DNA of 61,240 nucleotides from Thiocapsa sp. (GCF_035467215.1 NZ_DATITZ010000100.1:1-61240); one strand, 5' to 3'. Shown: positions 29,127 to 42,169, counted from the first letter of the stretch. The notes: a model not told the origin generated them from the letters alone. Translations and numbers: made by a program.

Positions 29127-29897
29127 CTACATGGAAAAATCCGCGCCGAGGTAGACGTCGCGCACCTGCTGATCGGCCAGCAGCTGCGCCGGGGTGCCCG
29201 CCGCGATCACGCATCCCGCGCTGATGATGTAGCCTCGGTCGCAGATATCGAGCGTCTCGCGCACGTTGTGATCCGTGATCAGCACGCCGATCCCGCGGTC
29301 GCGCAGATGCGACACGATGGCCTTGATGTCTCCGACGGCGATGGGGTCGACGCCTGCGAAGGGCTCGTCGAGCAGCATCACCAGCGGGTCGACCGCGAGC
29401 GCGCGCGCAATCTCCAGGCGCCGACGCTCCCCGCCCGAGAGGCTCAACGCGAGCGATCCGCCGACATGAGCGATTCCAAGCTCTTCGAGCAGGCGCTCGC
29501 AGCGCAGGTTTCGGTCGGCCCGGGACAGATCGCCGCGCGCCTCCAGGATGGCGAGGATATTGGCGCGCGCGCTGAGCTTGCGAAATACCGAGGGCTCCTG
29601 TGCCAGATAGCTCAGCCCTGCGCGTGCGCGGGCATGCATCGGCTTCAGGGTGATGTCCTGCCCGTTCAGCGCGATGCGGCCCTCGTCCGCCGGGATCAGG
29701 CCGACGATCAGATAGAAGCAGGTGGTCTTGCCCGCGCCGTTGGGCCCGAGCAGACCCAAGACCTCGCCGGCGCCCACGCTCACACTCACGTCGCGCAGGA
29801 CCTGACGGCCGCGATAGCTCTTCTTTAAATGCTCCGCGCGCAGCGTCGTCGAGCCCGAGCCGATGTCTGAGTCGGAAACCGCAACGAGATCGTTCAT
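29127..29897 (-). CDS. lptB: LPS export ABC ATPase
   Basis: GPNGAGKT, LSGGERRR, LDEPFAGVDP, ITDHNVRETL. Confidence 0.95.
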   Translation of the reverse strand: MNDLVAVSDSDIGSGSTTLRAEHLKKSYRGRQVLRDVSVSVGAGEVLGLLGPNGAGKTTCFYLIVGLIPADEGRIALNGQDITLKPMHARARAGLSYLAQEPSVFRKLSARANILAILEARGDLSRADRNLRCERLLEELGIAHVGGSLALSLSGGERRRLEIARALAVDPLVMLLDEPFAGVDPIAVGDIKAIVSHLRDRGIGVLITDHNVRETLDICDRGYIISAGCVIAAGTPAQLLADQQVRDVYLGADFSM

Positions 29898-29899
29898 CC

Positions 29900-29983
29900 T
29901 AAACCGCGTCTCCGCCGAGGCTCTCGGGATCATTCAACTGTGGTCTCCGATCGAAGGTCATCGGTCGCCTCGGACGCGGTTCA
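29900..29983 (+). mobile_element. TAAACCGCG element, diverged type B
   Basis: TAAACCGCG...CGCGGTTCA, 84 bp; fills the lptA-lptB gap. Confidence 0.8.
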
Positions 29984-29986
29984 GCC

Positions 29987-30508
29987 TCATTCCTCCTCCG
30001 GGGTGATGGTGATCTTGACCCTTCCGCTGCCACCGGCACGGAAATGGGCGCGGGCGCGATCGTAGACGATACGCTCGCTCGCGACGCGGTCGGCGCCCTG
30101 AATCAGCAAGGCGTCCTCGATCAGGGTGAGCTCGTCCTTGTCGGCGTCGTATTCCATGCGTTTGGCGAAGGCCAGGACCTCGCCCTCGTCGTTGTCGAGG
30201 AGCTGTTTGAAGCTGGCGGGCGCGCCGAGCGCGATGATAAAGCGCGGGCGGCGATCGTCGCGATGATAGACGGTCACATGATCGCCGAGGAGCCGCATGC
30301 TCCCTTGGTCGACCTGGACATTGCCGACATAGATGCTGGTGTTCTCGGCTTCGAGGACCTCGACATCGTCGGCTTCGATCAGGATGGGTTGGCTCGCATC
30401 CTCCTCGAGCGCCGCCGCCGGGGCGCACGCGAAGGCGACGACGCAGGCCAGGGTCGCGGTCAGGGCGAGGCCCCGACGCCGACGTTCGTAAAATCCTCTG
30501 TCGCTCAT
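29987..30508 (-). CDS. lptA: LPS transport periplasmic protein
   Basis: QPILIEAD, GNVQVDQG, GRVKITITP; synteny. Confidence 0.9.
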   Translation of the reverse strand: MSDRGFYERRRRGLALTATLACVVAFACAPAAALEEDASQPILIEADDVEVLEAENTSIYVGNVQVDQGSMRLLGDHVTVYHRDDRRPRFIIALGAPASFKQLLDNDEGEVLAFAKRMEYDADKDELTLIEDALLIQGADRVASERIVYDRARAHFRAGGSGRVKITITPEEE

Positions 30509-31131
30509 GGCTCCTCGATCTGCTCGGGTGCGATAAAGATATGTGCGCGTCCGTCGAACTGGGCACGGACGGGTTCGTCGTACCATAGACGCATCCCGGT
30601 CGCGTTCAGCCGATCCAACGCGCTGGTGACTTGGACCGGTCGATCGGTCTCGGCGAAGGCCCGTTTGTGCCAGATGCGCATCAGCTCGGTCTCCATGCGG
30701 GTGGCGGGCCGACTCGCGTCGCCTTTGCGCTCGAGCTCAACCGCCCCCTCGAGCCGGACCTCTTCCCCGCCGGGGAGGACCAGGCCGCTGTCGGCACGCG
30801 CGCGCCAGGGCTCGGCTTCGGTCTCGCCTTCGCGCTGATAGAGTGTCATGCGTGGGCGATCCAGCTCCGAGACATCCTCCTCGACATACTGGCGCAGCTC
30901 GTCGGCGATCAGGCGCCGGCTCGGCTTGCCCGTGTCGTCGGTCTCGGTCGCCGTGAATCCGGCGACGACATAATCCGGGAGTCGCGCGCGCTCGACCTCG
31001 GGTGCGGCCGGCTCGGGCTCGGGGCGCAGCTGCCACCATCCCAACAGCCCGGACGCCACGAAGAAGGCGGCGAGCATCCACTGACGTGCGGACCAGATCG
31101 GCAGGTCGCTGACCCGGAGACGTCCGCTCAT
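30505..31131 (-). CDS. lptC: LPS export periplasmic protein
   Basis: N-terminal TM segment, PDY motif, ETDRPVQV; synteny. Confidence 0.85.
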   Translation of the reverse strand: MSGRLRVSDLPIWSARQWMLAAFFVASGLLGWWQLRPEPEPAAPEVERARLPDYVVAGFTATETDDTGKPSRRLIADELRQYVEEDVSELDRPRMTLYQREGETEAEPWRARADSGLVLPGGEEVRLEGAVELERKGDASRPATRMETELMRIWHKRAFAETDRPVQVTSALDRLNATGMRLWYDEPVRAQFDGRAHIFIAPEQIEEP

Positions 31132-31649
31132 GGCGTGCCGGCGACGATCCGCGCCCAGGTGCCCTGCGCCTCCATGATCAGCTCGCAGACCTCGCGCGCC
31201 GCCCCGCGACCGCCGCGCGCTTGGGTGCAGAGATGGGCGTGGCCGCGCACCAGATGATGCGCGTCGGCGACCGCAACGGCGAGTCCGACCCGCCGCATGA
31301 TGGGCAGATCCACGAGATCGTCTCCGACGTAGGCGATGGCCTCGTCGTCGAGGGAGAGGTCGCGTTTGAGCGCCTCGTAGGCCGGGAGCTTGTCGCGGCA
31401 GCCTTGGAAGAGGTGCTCCACGCCGAGACTTTGCATGCGGATGCTGACCACCTGCGAGGTCCGGCCCGTGATGATTCCGATCTGCACCCCACTCTCCTGG
31501 AGCATCACCATGCCGTGTCCGTCACGCGAGTTGAACGCCTTGTACTCCTGGCCGTCGTCGCCGAGATAGAGGCTGCCGTCGGTCAGCACCCCGTCGACGT
31601 CGAAGATAACCAGGCGGATCAGGGCGGCGCGTTCGAGGATGTCTTGCAT
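31128..31649 (-). CDS. kdsC: KDO 8-phosphate phosphatase
   Basis: FDVDGVLTDG, YVGDDLVD, GGRGAAREVCE. Confidence 0.95.
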   Translation of the reverse strand: MQDILERAALIRLVIFDVDGVLTDGSLYLGDDGQEYKAFNSRDGHGMVMLQESGVQIGIITGRTSQVVSIRMQSLGVEHLFQGCRDKLPAYEALKRDLSLDDEAIAYVGDDLVDLPIMRRVGLAVAVADAHHLVRGHAHLCTQARGGRGAAREVCELIMEAQGTWARIVAGTP

Positions 31650-31760
31650 GGGGTCAGTCCTCTTGGGTGTCGAGTCGGGGGGCCGGGGGGAGCTTCCGGC
31701 TTCTTGCCTCCTGCCGCCAGCTATCAGTTATCAACCTTTGGCTGGTGGCCGGCGGCTTCC

Positions 31761-32780
31761 TCACATGACCCCGGCGCGCAGTAGATCGTGCATGTTCAGT
31801 GCGCCGACGGGTCGGCCGGTGTCGTCGATGACCAGCAGCGCGTTGATGGATCGGGACTCCATGAGGCGCAGTGCCTCGGCGGCGAGTGCGTCGGCCTTGA
31901 TCGTGATGCAGTTGCGGGTCAGCACGGTGTCGATGGCGGTGCGATGGACATCGATCCCGCGGTCCAGCGCGCGACGCAGGTCCCCGTCGGTGAAGATCCC
32001 GGCAAGGCGTCCCTCGTCGTCGACCACGGCGCTCATGCCCAAGCCTTTGCGTGACATCTCCTCCAGGGTCGCCCGCAGGGTCGTGCCCAACGGGACCGAC
32101 GGCAATTGCTCGTCGCGGTGCATCACCTCGCCGACGTGCAGCAGGAGCCGACGCCCGAGACTGCCGGCCGGGTGGGAGCGGGCGAAGTCCTCGGCTGTAA
32201 AGCCGCGGCTTTCGAGCAGGGCGATGGCCAGCGCATCGCCCATCACCAGGGTTGCGGTGGTGCTCGATGTCGGGGCGAGGCCGAGCGGACAGGCCTCGCT
32301 TGCCACACTCACGTCGAGATGGACGTCGCCCTCTCGCGCCAAGGTCGATTTGGGTTTGCCGGTCATGCTGATCAGCGGTACGCCGAGCCGCTTGAGCAAG
32401 GGCAGCAGCATCAACAGCTCGGCCGTTTCGCCCGAGTTGGACAGGGCCAGGACGACGTCGCGGGGCGTGATCATGCCGAGGTCGCCGTGGCTGGCCTCGC
32501 CCGGATGCACGAAAAAAGCCGGGCTGCCCGTGCTCGCCAGGGTCGCCGCGATCTTGCCGCCGATGTGGCCCGACTTGCCCATCCCGAGGACGACGATGCG
32601 ACCCTCGCAGGCCAGCATGTAACGGCACGCGGCCACGAACTCATCGTCGATCCGCCCGGCCAGGGCCGTGACCGCGCCGGCCTCGGTCTCGATGACGGCG
32701 CGCCCGAGCGCCTTGATCTTGGCCGATTCGCCAAGCTCGAGCTCAACCGGCGGGCTGCCGAGTCTGCGTCGATCTGTCAT
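31761..32780 (-). CDS. kdsD: arabinose-5-phosphate isomerase
   Basis: GMGKSGHIG, HPGEASHGDLG, two CBS domains. Confidence 0.95.
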   Translation of the reverse strand: MTDRRRLGSPPVELELGESAKIKALGRAVIETEAGAVTALAGRIDDEFVAACRYMLACEGRIVVLGMGKSGHIGGKIAATLASTGSPAFFVHPGEASHGDLGMITPRDVVLALSNSGETAELLMLLPLLKRLGVPLISMTGKPKSTLAREGDVHLDVSVASEACPLGLAPTSSTTATLVMGDALAIALLESRGFTAEDFARSHPAGSLGRRLLLHVGEVMHRDEQLPSVPLGTTLRATLEEMSRKGLGMSAVVDDEGRLAGIFTDGDLRRALDRGIDVHRTAIDTVLTRNCITIKADALAAEALRLMESRSINALLVIDDTGRPVGALNMHDLLRAGVM

Positions 32781-33070
32781 GCTGCTCCGAGATCCTCCAT
32801 CGCGTGGCTTCCACATCGGCAGCGGCGCGACGGGCCTTCTTGGTTGGACCGGCGGGTCGGGCGGACGCGCGAGTGCGAAGTCCGCCGATTCCCGCGCAGG
32901 CATTGGTGGACTGCGCTGCGCTTCCCATTACCCTACTGTCGTGGCCGGCAATGTGGCCGGTTCGTATGAGCACGGCCGCGCGGTGCAAAATACACCAATG
33001 AGAGGTCCGGCGTCGCGCCGACGGGCATCTCCGCCGCCAAACACGATCTGATCGGAGCAACTTCGACACC

Positions 33071-33634
33071 ATGAGCCGCATTCTCCCCGTAAGAAACGGA
33101 TGGGATCCGTCGCCCGGCGACGCCGAATTCTATCCCGACGATCTCCCCGAGGACTGGCGGCTGACCTATTTCGCCAACACGCTCGACGCCGTTGCGCTCG
33201 ACGCCGATGTTTGGGGACACGCCGATGCGGGGCGTATCGAGCAGTGGAGTCGGGATGTGCCGGCATCCTTTGCATTCTATCTCCGGCATGACCCCTGCGC
33301 AGCGGCGGTCGCGGCGTCTGCCGGGGTACAAGCGCTTCTCGGCGAGCGTTTCGGCGGCTGGATCCTGTGTTCGGATCAAGACGGACCGGGCGACCTTCTC
33401 CAGCCTGCATACGTCCTGATCGAATCCGTCTCGGCCGCGGCGGGGTCGCGTGCAGCGGCACTCGCATGCGCGGTGCCCGCCGGGCTCGACACCGATCTGC
33501 GTGCTGCGCGCAGCTGGCTGGAAGGGCTCGCCGCAGCTGCCCAAGGGCGACCGATGCTCGCCTTGATGGGCGGGGCGCGATTCGAGGACGTGCGTCGCTG
33601 GCAGTCACTCGTGGCGTTGCTCGGCCTGGGTTGA
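33071..33634 (+). CDS. DUF72-like hypothetical protein
   Basis: GW...FYPDDLPEDWRLTYFAN resembles the DUF72 N-terminus. Confidence 0.6.
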   Translation: MSRILPVRNGWDPSPGDAEFYPDDLPEDWRLTYFANTLDAVALDADVWGHADAGRIEQWSRDVPASFAFYLRHDPCAAAVAASAGVQALLGERFGGWILCSDQDGPGDLLQPAYVLIESVSAAAGSRAAALACAVPAGLDTDLRAARSWLEGLAAAAQGRPMLALMGGARFEDVRRWQSLVALLGLG

Positions 33635-33726
33635 GGGGCCGGCCGTTGATGCTCCGGCGGTTGACGCTCCGGGGCAAGCCCGCCAGAATGGCGTGTTTTC
33701 CACCCGCGCCGACAGCGATACGATCT

Positions 33727-34659
33727 ATGGGAAGTCGACGCCCCCGAGCGACGCGCCCCGCCGCAGTCTCCGCGATCGGCTCCTCCGAGCCCGCGGCTAA
33801 GCCCGATGCCGCACACCCCGGCCCTTCGCCGGAGAAGCGCTCGCGCCCCGGCGGCGAGGTTTTGGTGAAGATCCGCGGACTGTGCTTTCGCCGCGGCTCG
33901 CAGGTCGTGCTCCACCGGGTCGATATGGATATCCGGCGCGGCGCAGTCACCGCCGTCATGGGGCCGAGCGGCACGGGCAAGACGACCCTGCTCAAGCTGA
34001 TCACCGGGCAGCTGCGCCCGGATGCCGGGAGTATCGAGGTCGACGGCGAGCCCGTGCACACCCTCGGAAAATCGGCCCTGTTCCGGCTGCGTCGGCGCAT
34101 GGGGATGCTGTTTCAGAGCGGGGCACTTCTGACCGACCTGAATGTCTTCGACAACGTCGCTTATCCGCTGCGCGAGCATACGGACCTGAATCCATCGATG
34201 CTGCGTAAGCTCGTGCTGCTCAAGCTCGAGGCGGTCGGTCTGCGCGGCGCACGTGATCTGATGCCGAGCGAGCTCTCGGGCGGGATGGCGCGTCGGGTGG
34301 CCCTGGCCCGCGCGATTGCCCTGGACCCCGACATGATCCTCTACGACGAGCCCTTCACGGGCCAGGATCCCATCTCCAAAGGCATGCTGGTGACCCTGAT
34401 CCGACAGCTCAACGATGCCGCCGGTCTGACGAGCATCCTGGTATCCCACGACGTGGACGAGACGGCGAGCATCGCCGATCACATCTACGTGATCTCTCAC
34501 GGGGAGATCATCGCGCAGGGAACGCCGCAGGAGATCGCCGCGGATCGCTCGGCCTGGGTGCGTCAATTCATGGACGGTCTGCCGGACGGGCCCGTGCATT
34601 TCCACTACCCGGCGCTGCCGTTGGCGGATGATCTGCTGCCGCGGGGAGCGGCCTCATGA
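33727..34659 (+). CDS. mlaF: Mla ABC ATPase
   Basis: [33 protein letters not shown]; start uncertain. Confidence 0.92.
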   Translation: MGSRRPRATRPAAVSAIGSSEPAAKPDAAHPGPSPEKRSRPGGEVLVKIRGLCFRRGSQVVLHRVDMDIRRGAVTAVMGPSGTGKTTLLKLITGQLRPDAGSIEVDGEPVHTLGKSALFRLRRRMGMLFQSGALLTDLNVFDNVAYPLREHTDLNPSMLRKLVLLKLEAVGLRGARDLMPSELSGGMARRVALARAIALDPDMILYDEPFTGQDPISKGMLVTLIRQLNDAAGLTSILVSHDVDETASIADHIYVISHGEIIAQGTPQEIAADRSAWVRQFMDGLPDGPVHFHYPALPLADDLLPRGAAS

Positions 34660-35438
34660 TTCTGGAAGGCTTGGCGCGGCTGGGGCGCAGCGGGCTGGGT
34701 TCGCTCGAGCGACTCGGTCGCGCGCATCTGCTGCTCGCCGGCATGGTGCTGGGCATCGGCGAGATCCTGCGACGTCCGGGTCTGCTGATTGCGCAGCTCT
34801 TCAATATCGGCGTGCTCTCGATGCTGATTATCGGGGTGTCCGGGTTGTTCGTCGGCATGGTGCTGGGCCTTCAGGGTTATTACGTCCTCGCCCAGTTCGG
34901 GGCGGCGGAGAGTCTCGGGGTGATGGTCGCGGCCTCGCTGGTGCGCGAGCTCGGTCCGGTGGTCACGGCCCTTCTGGTGGCCGGGCGTGCCGGCTCCGCC
35001 CTGACCGCCGAGATCGGCCTGATGAAGGCAACCGAGCAGCTCTCGGGTCTGGAGATGATGGCGGTCGATCCAGTGCGCCGCATCCTGACCCCGCGGTTTT
35101 TCGGCGGGGTGCTTGCGATGCCGCTGCTCGCGGCCATGTTCAGCGCGGTCGGTGTGCTCGGCGGCTATTTCGTCGGTGTCGGTTTACTCGGCGTGGATTC
35201 GGGATCCTTCTGGAGCCAGATGCAGTCAAAGGTCGACTTCCACGAGGACATCGTCAACGGCGTGATCAAAAGCGTCGTTTTCGGGGTCGCGGTGACCTGG
35301 ATCGCACTCTTTCAGGGGCATGACTCGGTTCCGACGTCCGAGGGCGTGAGTCGCGCGACGACGCGCTCCGTGGTCCACGCCGCGCTCGCGGTGCTTGGAC
35401 TGGACTTCGTCTTGACGGCCTTGATGTTCGGGGAATGA
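34656..35438 (+). CDS. mlaE: Mla permease
   Basis: [32 protein letters not shown]. Confidence 0.95.
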   Translation: MILEGLARLGRSGLGSLERLGRAHLLLAGMVLGIGEILRRPGLLIAQLFNIGVLSMLIIGVSGLFVGMVLGLQGYYVLAQFGAAESLGVMVAASLVRELGPVVTALLVAGRAGSALTAEIGLMKATEQLSGLEMMAVDPVRRILTPRFFGGVLAMPLLAAMFSAVGVLGGYFVGVGLLGVDSGSFWSQMQSKVDFHEDIVNGVIKSVVFGVAVTWIALFQGHDSVPTSEGVSRATTRSVVHAALAVLGLDFVLTALMFGE

Positions 35439-35908
35439 TGGGTATGGGAAAACAACGCGGCATCGAGATCTTGGTCGGCCTCTTCATGGCGGTGGGCTTC
35501 GTGGCCCTGTTCTTCCTGGCGATGCAGGTCAGCAACCTGAGCGCGGCGGTCAACAGCGACGGCTATCAATTGACGGCACGATTCTCCAACGTCGGCAGTC
35601 TCAAGGCGCGGTCGCCGGTGAGTATGGCGGGCGTCCGGGTCGGGCGCGTCGAGGCGGTGAGCTTCGACAAAGACACCTACGAGGCGGTGGTGACCATGCG
35701 CATCGATGCGGCCACGGACACCATCCCGGACGACACCTTCGCGAACATCTTCACCGCCGGTTTGCTCGGGGAGCAATACATCGCCCTGGAGCCGGGCGGG
35801 AGCATGGAGTATCTGCGCGACGGCGACGAGATCGCCCACACCCAGTCGGCCCTGATCCTGGAGCAGATGATCGGACAATTCCTATTCAGTAAAGCCGGAG
35901 GCGACTAA
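35435..35908 (+). CDS. mlaD: Mla MCE-domain protein
   Basis: [31 protein letters not shown]. Confidence 0.95.
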   Translation: MMGMGKQRGIEILVGLFMAVGFVALFFLAMQVSNLSAAVNSDGYQLTARFSNVGSLKARSPVSMAGVRVGRVEAVSFDKDTYEAVVTMRIDAATDTIPDDTFANIFTAGLLGEQYIALEPGGSMEYLRDGDEIAHTQSALILEQMIGQFLFSKAGGD

Positions 35909-36525
35909 TGCCCTATCGACGTTCCTTCTTCCTTTTGTTAGCCCTGCTCGGCGTGCTTTGGACGAGTGCGTCCTTCGCCTATGCCGACGACGCGACCGCC
36001 CTGGTCAAGCGCACCACCGAGAATATGCTGAAGACGCTCGAAGCGCGTCGCTCGGAGGTCGACCGCGATCCTTCGCTCATCTTCGGGATGATCGAGAGCG
36101 GTGTCGCCCCGCATTTTGATTTCGAGCGCATCACGCAAGGCGCGGTCGGTCAGTCTTGGCGCGATGCGACACCGTCGCAGCAGCGCGCACTGGTCAACGG
36201 CTTCAAGCAGGTCCTGATTCGCACCTATGCGCGCTCGATCCTGAGCTACGCGGGCGAGGAGATCCGCTACCTGCCGATCAAGCCGGGTCGCCAGCCCTCC
36301 TCCGTGACGGTGTCCACCGAGATCCTCTCGCCCGGTGCCGCGCCGATCCCGGTGGACTACCGGATGCACAACAACGCCGGAGGCTGGAAGGTCTACGACG
36401 TGGTCATCAACAACGCCAGCCTGGTCGGGAACTACCGCACGAGCTTCTCCAACGAGATCCGCCAAGGCGGGATCGACGGTCTGATCGCCAAGCTCGGCGA
36501 GATGAACACCCGGATCCGCGAATGA
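35908..36525 (+). CDS. mlaC: Mla periplasmic phospholipid-binding protein
   Basis: PHFDF, VDYRM, WKVYDV; synteny. Confidence 0.92.
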   Translation: MPYRRSFFLLLALLGVLWTSASFAYADDATALVKRTTENMLKTLEARRSEVDRDPSLIFGMIESGVAPHFDFERITQGAVGQSWRDATPSQQRALVNGFKQVLIRTYARSILSYAGEEIRYLPIKPGRQPSSVTVSTEILSPGAAPIPVDYRMHNNAGGWKVYDVVINNASLVGNYRTSFSNEIRQGGIDGLIAKLGEMNTRIRE

Positions 36526-36836
36526 AGGAGGCGCGTCTGACGCCCCTCGGCGAGGGGCGTTACGCTCTCGGCGGCGTGCTGGACTTCTCGACCGTCAACC
36601 GTGTCGCCGTCGCCGGGGTCACCTTGTTCAAACGGGATGCCTTGGTCGATATCGACCTCGCCGGCGTGGAGTCCGCGAACAGCGCGGGGCTCGCCCTCTT
36701 GTTGGAATGGCTGGACCTGGCCCGCGCACGCGGCGCCCGTCTGACCTATCGGAACCTGCCGGATTCGCTGGTGCGGATCGCTGCCGTGTCGAACCTCGCC
36801 GCACTCTTGCCTATGGAAACCGCCATCGGTCGCTGA
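36522..36836 (+). CDS. mlaB: STAS-domain protein
   Basis: IDLAGVESANSAGLALLLEW; synteny. Confidence 0.85.
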   Translation: MKEARLTPLGEGRYALGGVLDFSTVNRVAVAGVTLFKRDALVDIDLAGVESANSAGLALLLEWLDLARARGARLTYRNLPDSLVRIAAVSNLAALLPMETAIGR

Positions 36837-36946
36837 AGCTCCCGTGTCAAGGAGTGTCGTTGCCCGGATGTCGACGCGCCTGCGCGGTCCCGCCGTCGAT
36901 CACATCAACCCAACCGTTTCCGGGCCTTCATCTCCTAAGAAACGGT

Positions 36947-38423
<1,477 letters not shown>

Positions 38424-38454
38424 GGGCTACTCGCAGCTACAGGACAGCGACATC

Positions 38455-39141
38455 ATGAGTCTCGACACGCCGCTTACCATCGCGCTCTCCAAGGGCCGGA
38501 TCTTCGACGAGACCCTGCCGCTCCTGGCGCATGCCGGGATCGAGCCGGTCGACGACCCCGAGACCAGCCGCAAGCTGATCCTCGAAACCAACATGGCGCA
38601 CGTGCGCTTTCTCATCATCCGCGCGAGCGACGTGCCGACCTATGTCCAGTACGGCGCGGCGGATCTGGGCGTCTCGGGCAAGGACGTGCTGCTCGAGCAC
38701 GGCGGCGAAGGACTCTACGAGCCGCTCGACCTCGGTATCGCGCGCTGTAGTCTGATGGTCGCCGGTCTGCCGGACGTGGCGGCGCCGACGACGCGGCGGC
38801 TGCGTATCGCGACCAAGTATGTCAAAAGCGCCGAGCGCTACTACGCCTCCAAGGGCGAGCAGGTCGAGATCATCAAGCTCTACGGCTCGATGGAGCTCGC
38901 ACCCCTGGTCCATCTGTCCGATCGCATCGTCGATCTGGTGGAGAGCGGCAACACCTTGAAGGCCAACGGGCTCGTTCCGCTCGAGCATATCGCCGACATC
39001 AGCTCGCGCCTGGTGGTCAACAAGGCCTCCTGGAAGATGAAACATGCCGCGGTGACGTCCTTGCTGGACGCGCTGCGCGAGGCCGTCGCAGGCCGATCGA
39101 CACCGACACAAACGGACCGGACGCGCGGGCCGGGGAGCTGA
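38455..39141 (+). CDS. hisG: ATP phosphoribosyltransferase, short form
   Basis: [21 protein letters not shown]; no C-terminal regulatory domain. Confidence 0.95.
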   Translation: MSLDTPLTIALSKGRIFDETLPLLAHAGIEPVDDPETSRKLILETNMAHVRFLIIRASDVPTYVQYGAADLGVSGKDVLLEHGGEGLYEPLDLGIARCSLMVAGLPDVAAPTTRRLRIATKYVKSAERYYASKGEQVEIIKLYGSMELAPLVHLSDRIVDLVESGNTLKANGLVPLEHIADISSRLVVNKASWKMKHAAVTSLLDALREAVAGRSTPTQTDRTRGPGS

Positions 39142-39147
39142 GCATCC

Positions 39148-40476
39148 ATGAACGCCATGAGACGTCTCTCGACGACCGACCCTGACTTCCATGCCGACTT
39201 GGACGGCCTGCTCGCCTGGGATTCGGTCTCGGACGATCGGGTCCAGCAGACGGTCGCCGACATCATCCGCGACCTGCGCACGCGCGGCGATGCCGCGTTG
39301 CTCGACTACACGACGCGCTTCGATCGTTGGACACCCGCCTGCGCCGCCGATCTGGAGATCCCGCGGGCGCGATTAGAAGCGGCGTGGGGACGCATCCCGG
39401 CGGCGCAGCGCGAGGCCCTGCAGACAGCCGGCGCACGCATCCGCGCCTATGCCGAGCACCAAAGGCTCGAGAGCTGGAGCTACACCGAGGCCGACGGCAC
39501 CCTGCTGGGTCAGCAGGTCACGCCGCTGGATCGTGTCGGGCTCTATGTTCCGGGCGGCAAGGCGGCCTATCCCTCCTCGGTCCTGATGAACGCCATCCCC
39601 GCCAAGGTCGCCGGTGTCGGCGAGCTGATCATGGTCGTGCCCACGCCCGACGGGGAGCTCAACGAGCTGGTCCTGGCGGCGGCCCATATCTCCGGAACGG
39701 ATCGCGCCTTCGCCGTGGGCGGGGCGCAGGCGGTGGCGGCGCTTGCCTTCGGGACCGAAACCGTTCCGGGTGTGGACAAGATCGTCGGACCCGGCAACAT
39801 CTACGTGGCCACGGCCAAACGCGTCGTCTTCGGGCAGGTCGGCATCGACATGGTCGCCGGCCCCTCGGAGATCCTGGTGGTCTGCGACGGCCGGACGGAT
39901 CCGGACTGGATCGCGATGGACCTCTTCTCGCAGGCCGAGCACGACGAGGACGCCCAATCCATCCTGGTGAGCTGGGATACGGACTTCCTGGATCGGGTCG
40001 CAGCGAGTGTCGAACGGCTGCTCCCGACCATGGAGCGCGAGACCATCATCGCGACCGCATTGCGCGGACGCGGGGCCATGATCCAAGCGCGCGACCTGGA
40101 GGATGCCGTCGCCGTCGCCAACCGGATCGCGCCCGAGCATCTGGAGCTGTCGGTCGAAGACCCGCAGGCCATCGTGGGCCGGATCCGTCACGCCGGCGCC
40201 ATCTTCATGGGGCGCTACACCGCCGAGGCGGTCGGCGACTATTGCGCCGGGCCGAACCATGTCTTGCCGACCTCGCGCACGGCGCGGTTTTCGTCCCCGC
40301 TGGGGGTCTACGACTTCCAGAAGCGATCCAGCCTTATCATGGCCTCGGCCGCCGGTGCGGCAGAGTTGGCCAAGACCGCTTCCGTTTTGGCTCGGGGGGA
40401 GGGGCTCACCGCACATGCACGCTCGGCGGAATATCGCGGCGAGGCGCAGTCGCCGGTCGAGCCTGGTTCAGCCTAG
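39148..40476 (+). CDS. hisD: histidinol dehydrogenase
   Basis: [37 protein letters not shown]. Confidence 0.97.
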   Translation: MNAMRRLSTTDPDFHADLDGLLAWDSVSDDRVQQTVADIIRDLRTRGDAALLDYTTRFDRWTPACAADLEIPRARLEAAWGRIPAAQREALQTAGARIRAYAEHQRLESWSYTEADGTLLGQQVTPLDRVGLYVPGGKAAYPSSVLMNAIPAKVAGVGELIMVVPTPDGELNELVLAAAHISGTDRAFAVGGAQAVAALAFGTETVPGVDKIVGPGNIYVATAKRVVFGQVGIDMVAGPSEILVVCDGRTDPDWIAMDLFSQAEHDEDAQSILVSWDTDFLDRVAASVERLLPTMERETIIATALRGRGAMIQARDLEDAVAVANRIAPEHLELSVEDPQAIVGRIRHAGAIFMGRYTAEAVGDYCAGPNHVLPTSRTARFSSPLGVYDFQKRSSLIMASAAGAAELAKTASVLARGEGLTAHARSAEYRGEAQSPVEPGSA

Positions 40477-40516
40477 TGGAGCAGTGCAGAGATTCCGAGA
40501 CCGTCCGAGTTCATCC

Positions 40517-40580
40517 TCGTTGTCGTAATCGATCATCGATAAGACCACGATTACGACAACGACAACGACAACGACAACGA
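40517..40580. repeat. 15-bp inverted repeat with (GACAAC)x4 tail
   Basis: TCGTTGTCGTAATCG (40517-40531) and CGATTACGACAACGA (40548-40562). Confidence 0.85.
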
Positions 40581-40630
40581 ACGATCTCGACACATCTGCC
40601 GCGCTGCACTAGGACTTTCGCGAGACGCCC

Positions 40631-41707
40631 ATGCATGACCTGATCAGCCAGCTCATTCGTCCCGATATCCGTTCACTGACGGCCTATCACGTCCCGGACC
40701 CGGCGGGACTGGTGAAGCTCGATGCCATGGAGAACCCCTACGGTTGGCCGGAGGCACTCAAGTCCGAGTGGCTCGAGGTCCTGCATGAGGTCGCCCTGAA
40801 CCGCTATCCGGATCCGCAGGGTACGGCGGTCCAGACGGCCTTGCGCGAGGCGATGAGTATCCCGGCGGACATGGGGTTGCTCCTGGGTAACGGCTCCGAC
40901 GAGCTAATCCAGATGCTCGCCATCGCCGTCGCGCAGCCCGGACGCAAGGTCCTGTCGCTGGATCCGGGCTTCGTCATGTACCGCATGATTGCCCGCTTCG
41001 CCGGCATGGACTATGTCGGCGTGCCCCTGCGCCCGGACGACTTCTCGATCGATCTGCCGGCGACGCTCGACGCTATCGAGCGCGAGCAGCCGGCATTGGT
41101 CTATCTGGCCTATCCGAACAACCCGACCGGCAATCGCTTCGATGCCGACGACATGGTGCGCATCATCGAGGCGGCGCCCGGCCTGGTCATCGTCGACGAG
41201 GCCTATGCGCCCTTCACGGATTGCAGTTTCCTGGGGCTCCTCGGCGACTGGCAGAACCTCTTGGTCATGCGCACCGTCTCGAAGATGGGGCTGGCCGGGA
41301 TCCGGCTGGGGTATCTGGTCGGTCCGCCGGACTGGCTCGAGCAGATCGACAAGGTGCGCCTGCCGTACAACATCAATGTCTTGACCCAGGCATCCGCGGC
41401 CTTTGCCCTAAAGCACAAGCCACTCCTCGATGAGCAGGCACGGATGATTCGGGCGGAACGTCAGCGTCTCCAGAGCGCGCTCGCGACCCTGAACGGCGTC
41501 CACGCCTATCCGAGCGAGGCCAATTTCATCTTGTTGCGTGTCGCCGAGGATCGCGCCGACACCATCTTCAAGGGGCTGAAGGATCAGGGTATCTTGATCA
41601 AGAACCTCAACGGCGCGCACCCCATGCTGGATGAGTGTCTGCGGGTGACGGTCGGTCGGGCCGAGGAGAACGCGGCCTTTCTCGGTGTCTTGACCAGACT
41701 GCTTTAG
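40631..41707 (+). CDS. hisC: histidinol-phosphate aminotransferase
   Basis: GNGSDE, PNNPTG, VDEAY, RTVSKMGLAGIRLGY. Confidence 0.95.
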   Translation: MHDLISQLIRPDIRSLTAYHVPDPAGLVKLDAMENPYGWPEALKSEWLEVLHEVALNRYPDPQGTAVQTALREAMSIPADMGLLLGNGSDELIQMLAIAVAQPGRKVLSLDPGFVMYRMIARFAGMDYVGVPLRPDDFSIDLPATLDAIEREQPALVYLAYPNNPTGNRFDADDMVRIIEAAPGLVIVDEAYAPFTDCSFLGLLGDWQNLLVMRTVSKMGLAGIRLGYLVGPPDWLEQIDKVRLPYNINVLTQASAAFALKHKPLLDEQARMIRAERQRLQSALATLNGVHAYPSEANFILLRVAEDRADTIFKGLKDQGILIKNLNGAHPMLDECLRVTVGRAEENAAFLGVLTRLL

Positions 41708-41879
41708 GGTGCGTGGCAAGGCCTTGGCCCTACTACGGCGGACTGTCGGCGCAAGCATCTGACTTGCGAGGTATTGCGTGCGGCGTCGGCGAGAACCCGG
41801 GATCTCGCAAAGACATTGCGGGTCGCCGACGATACCCTCGTGATCGAATGATTCATCAAAACCGGATCGGAGGAACCCG

Positions 41880-42107
41880 ATGACCGATCATGTCGAGAAC
41901 CTTATTCTGGAACACCTGCGGCACATTCGGGCACGAATCGATCAGATGGCCGAAGATACGAGCACCATCAAGCTTCGCTTGTCGTCGCTCGAATCCCAAG
42001 TCGCCGGTTTGCACGGCGACAACGCCATTGCGCACCAACGCATGGATCAAATCGAGGGGCGCCTTGGGCGGATCGAGCGGCGGCTCGATCTGCACGAACC
42101 CGCTTAA
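41880..42107 (+). CDS. small coiled-coil hypothetical protein
   Basis: GGAGG RBS, heptad pattern, C-terminal RLGRIERRLDL. Confidence 0.75.
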   Translation: MTDHVENLILEHLRHIRARIDQMAEDTSTIKLRLSSLESQVAGLHGDNAIAHQRMDQIEGRLGRIERRLDLHEPA

Positions 42108-42169
42108 CCGGCCACTAAAAAGTCGTGTCCGGCGGAATGCCCACCGATGAAAAAATGCTGCGCCCGGGA

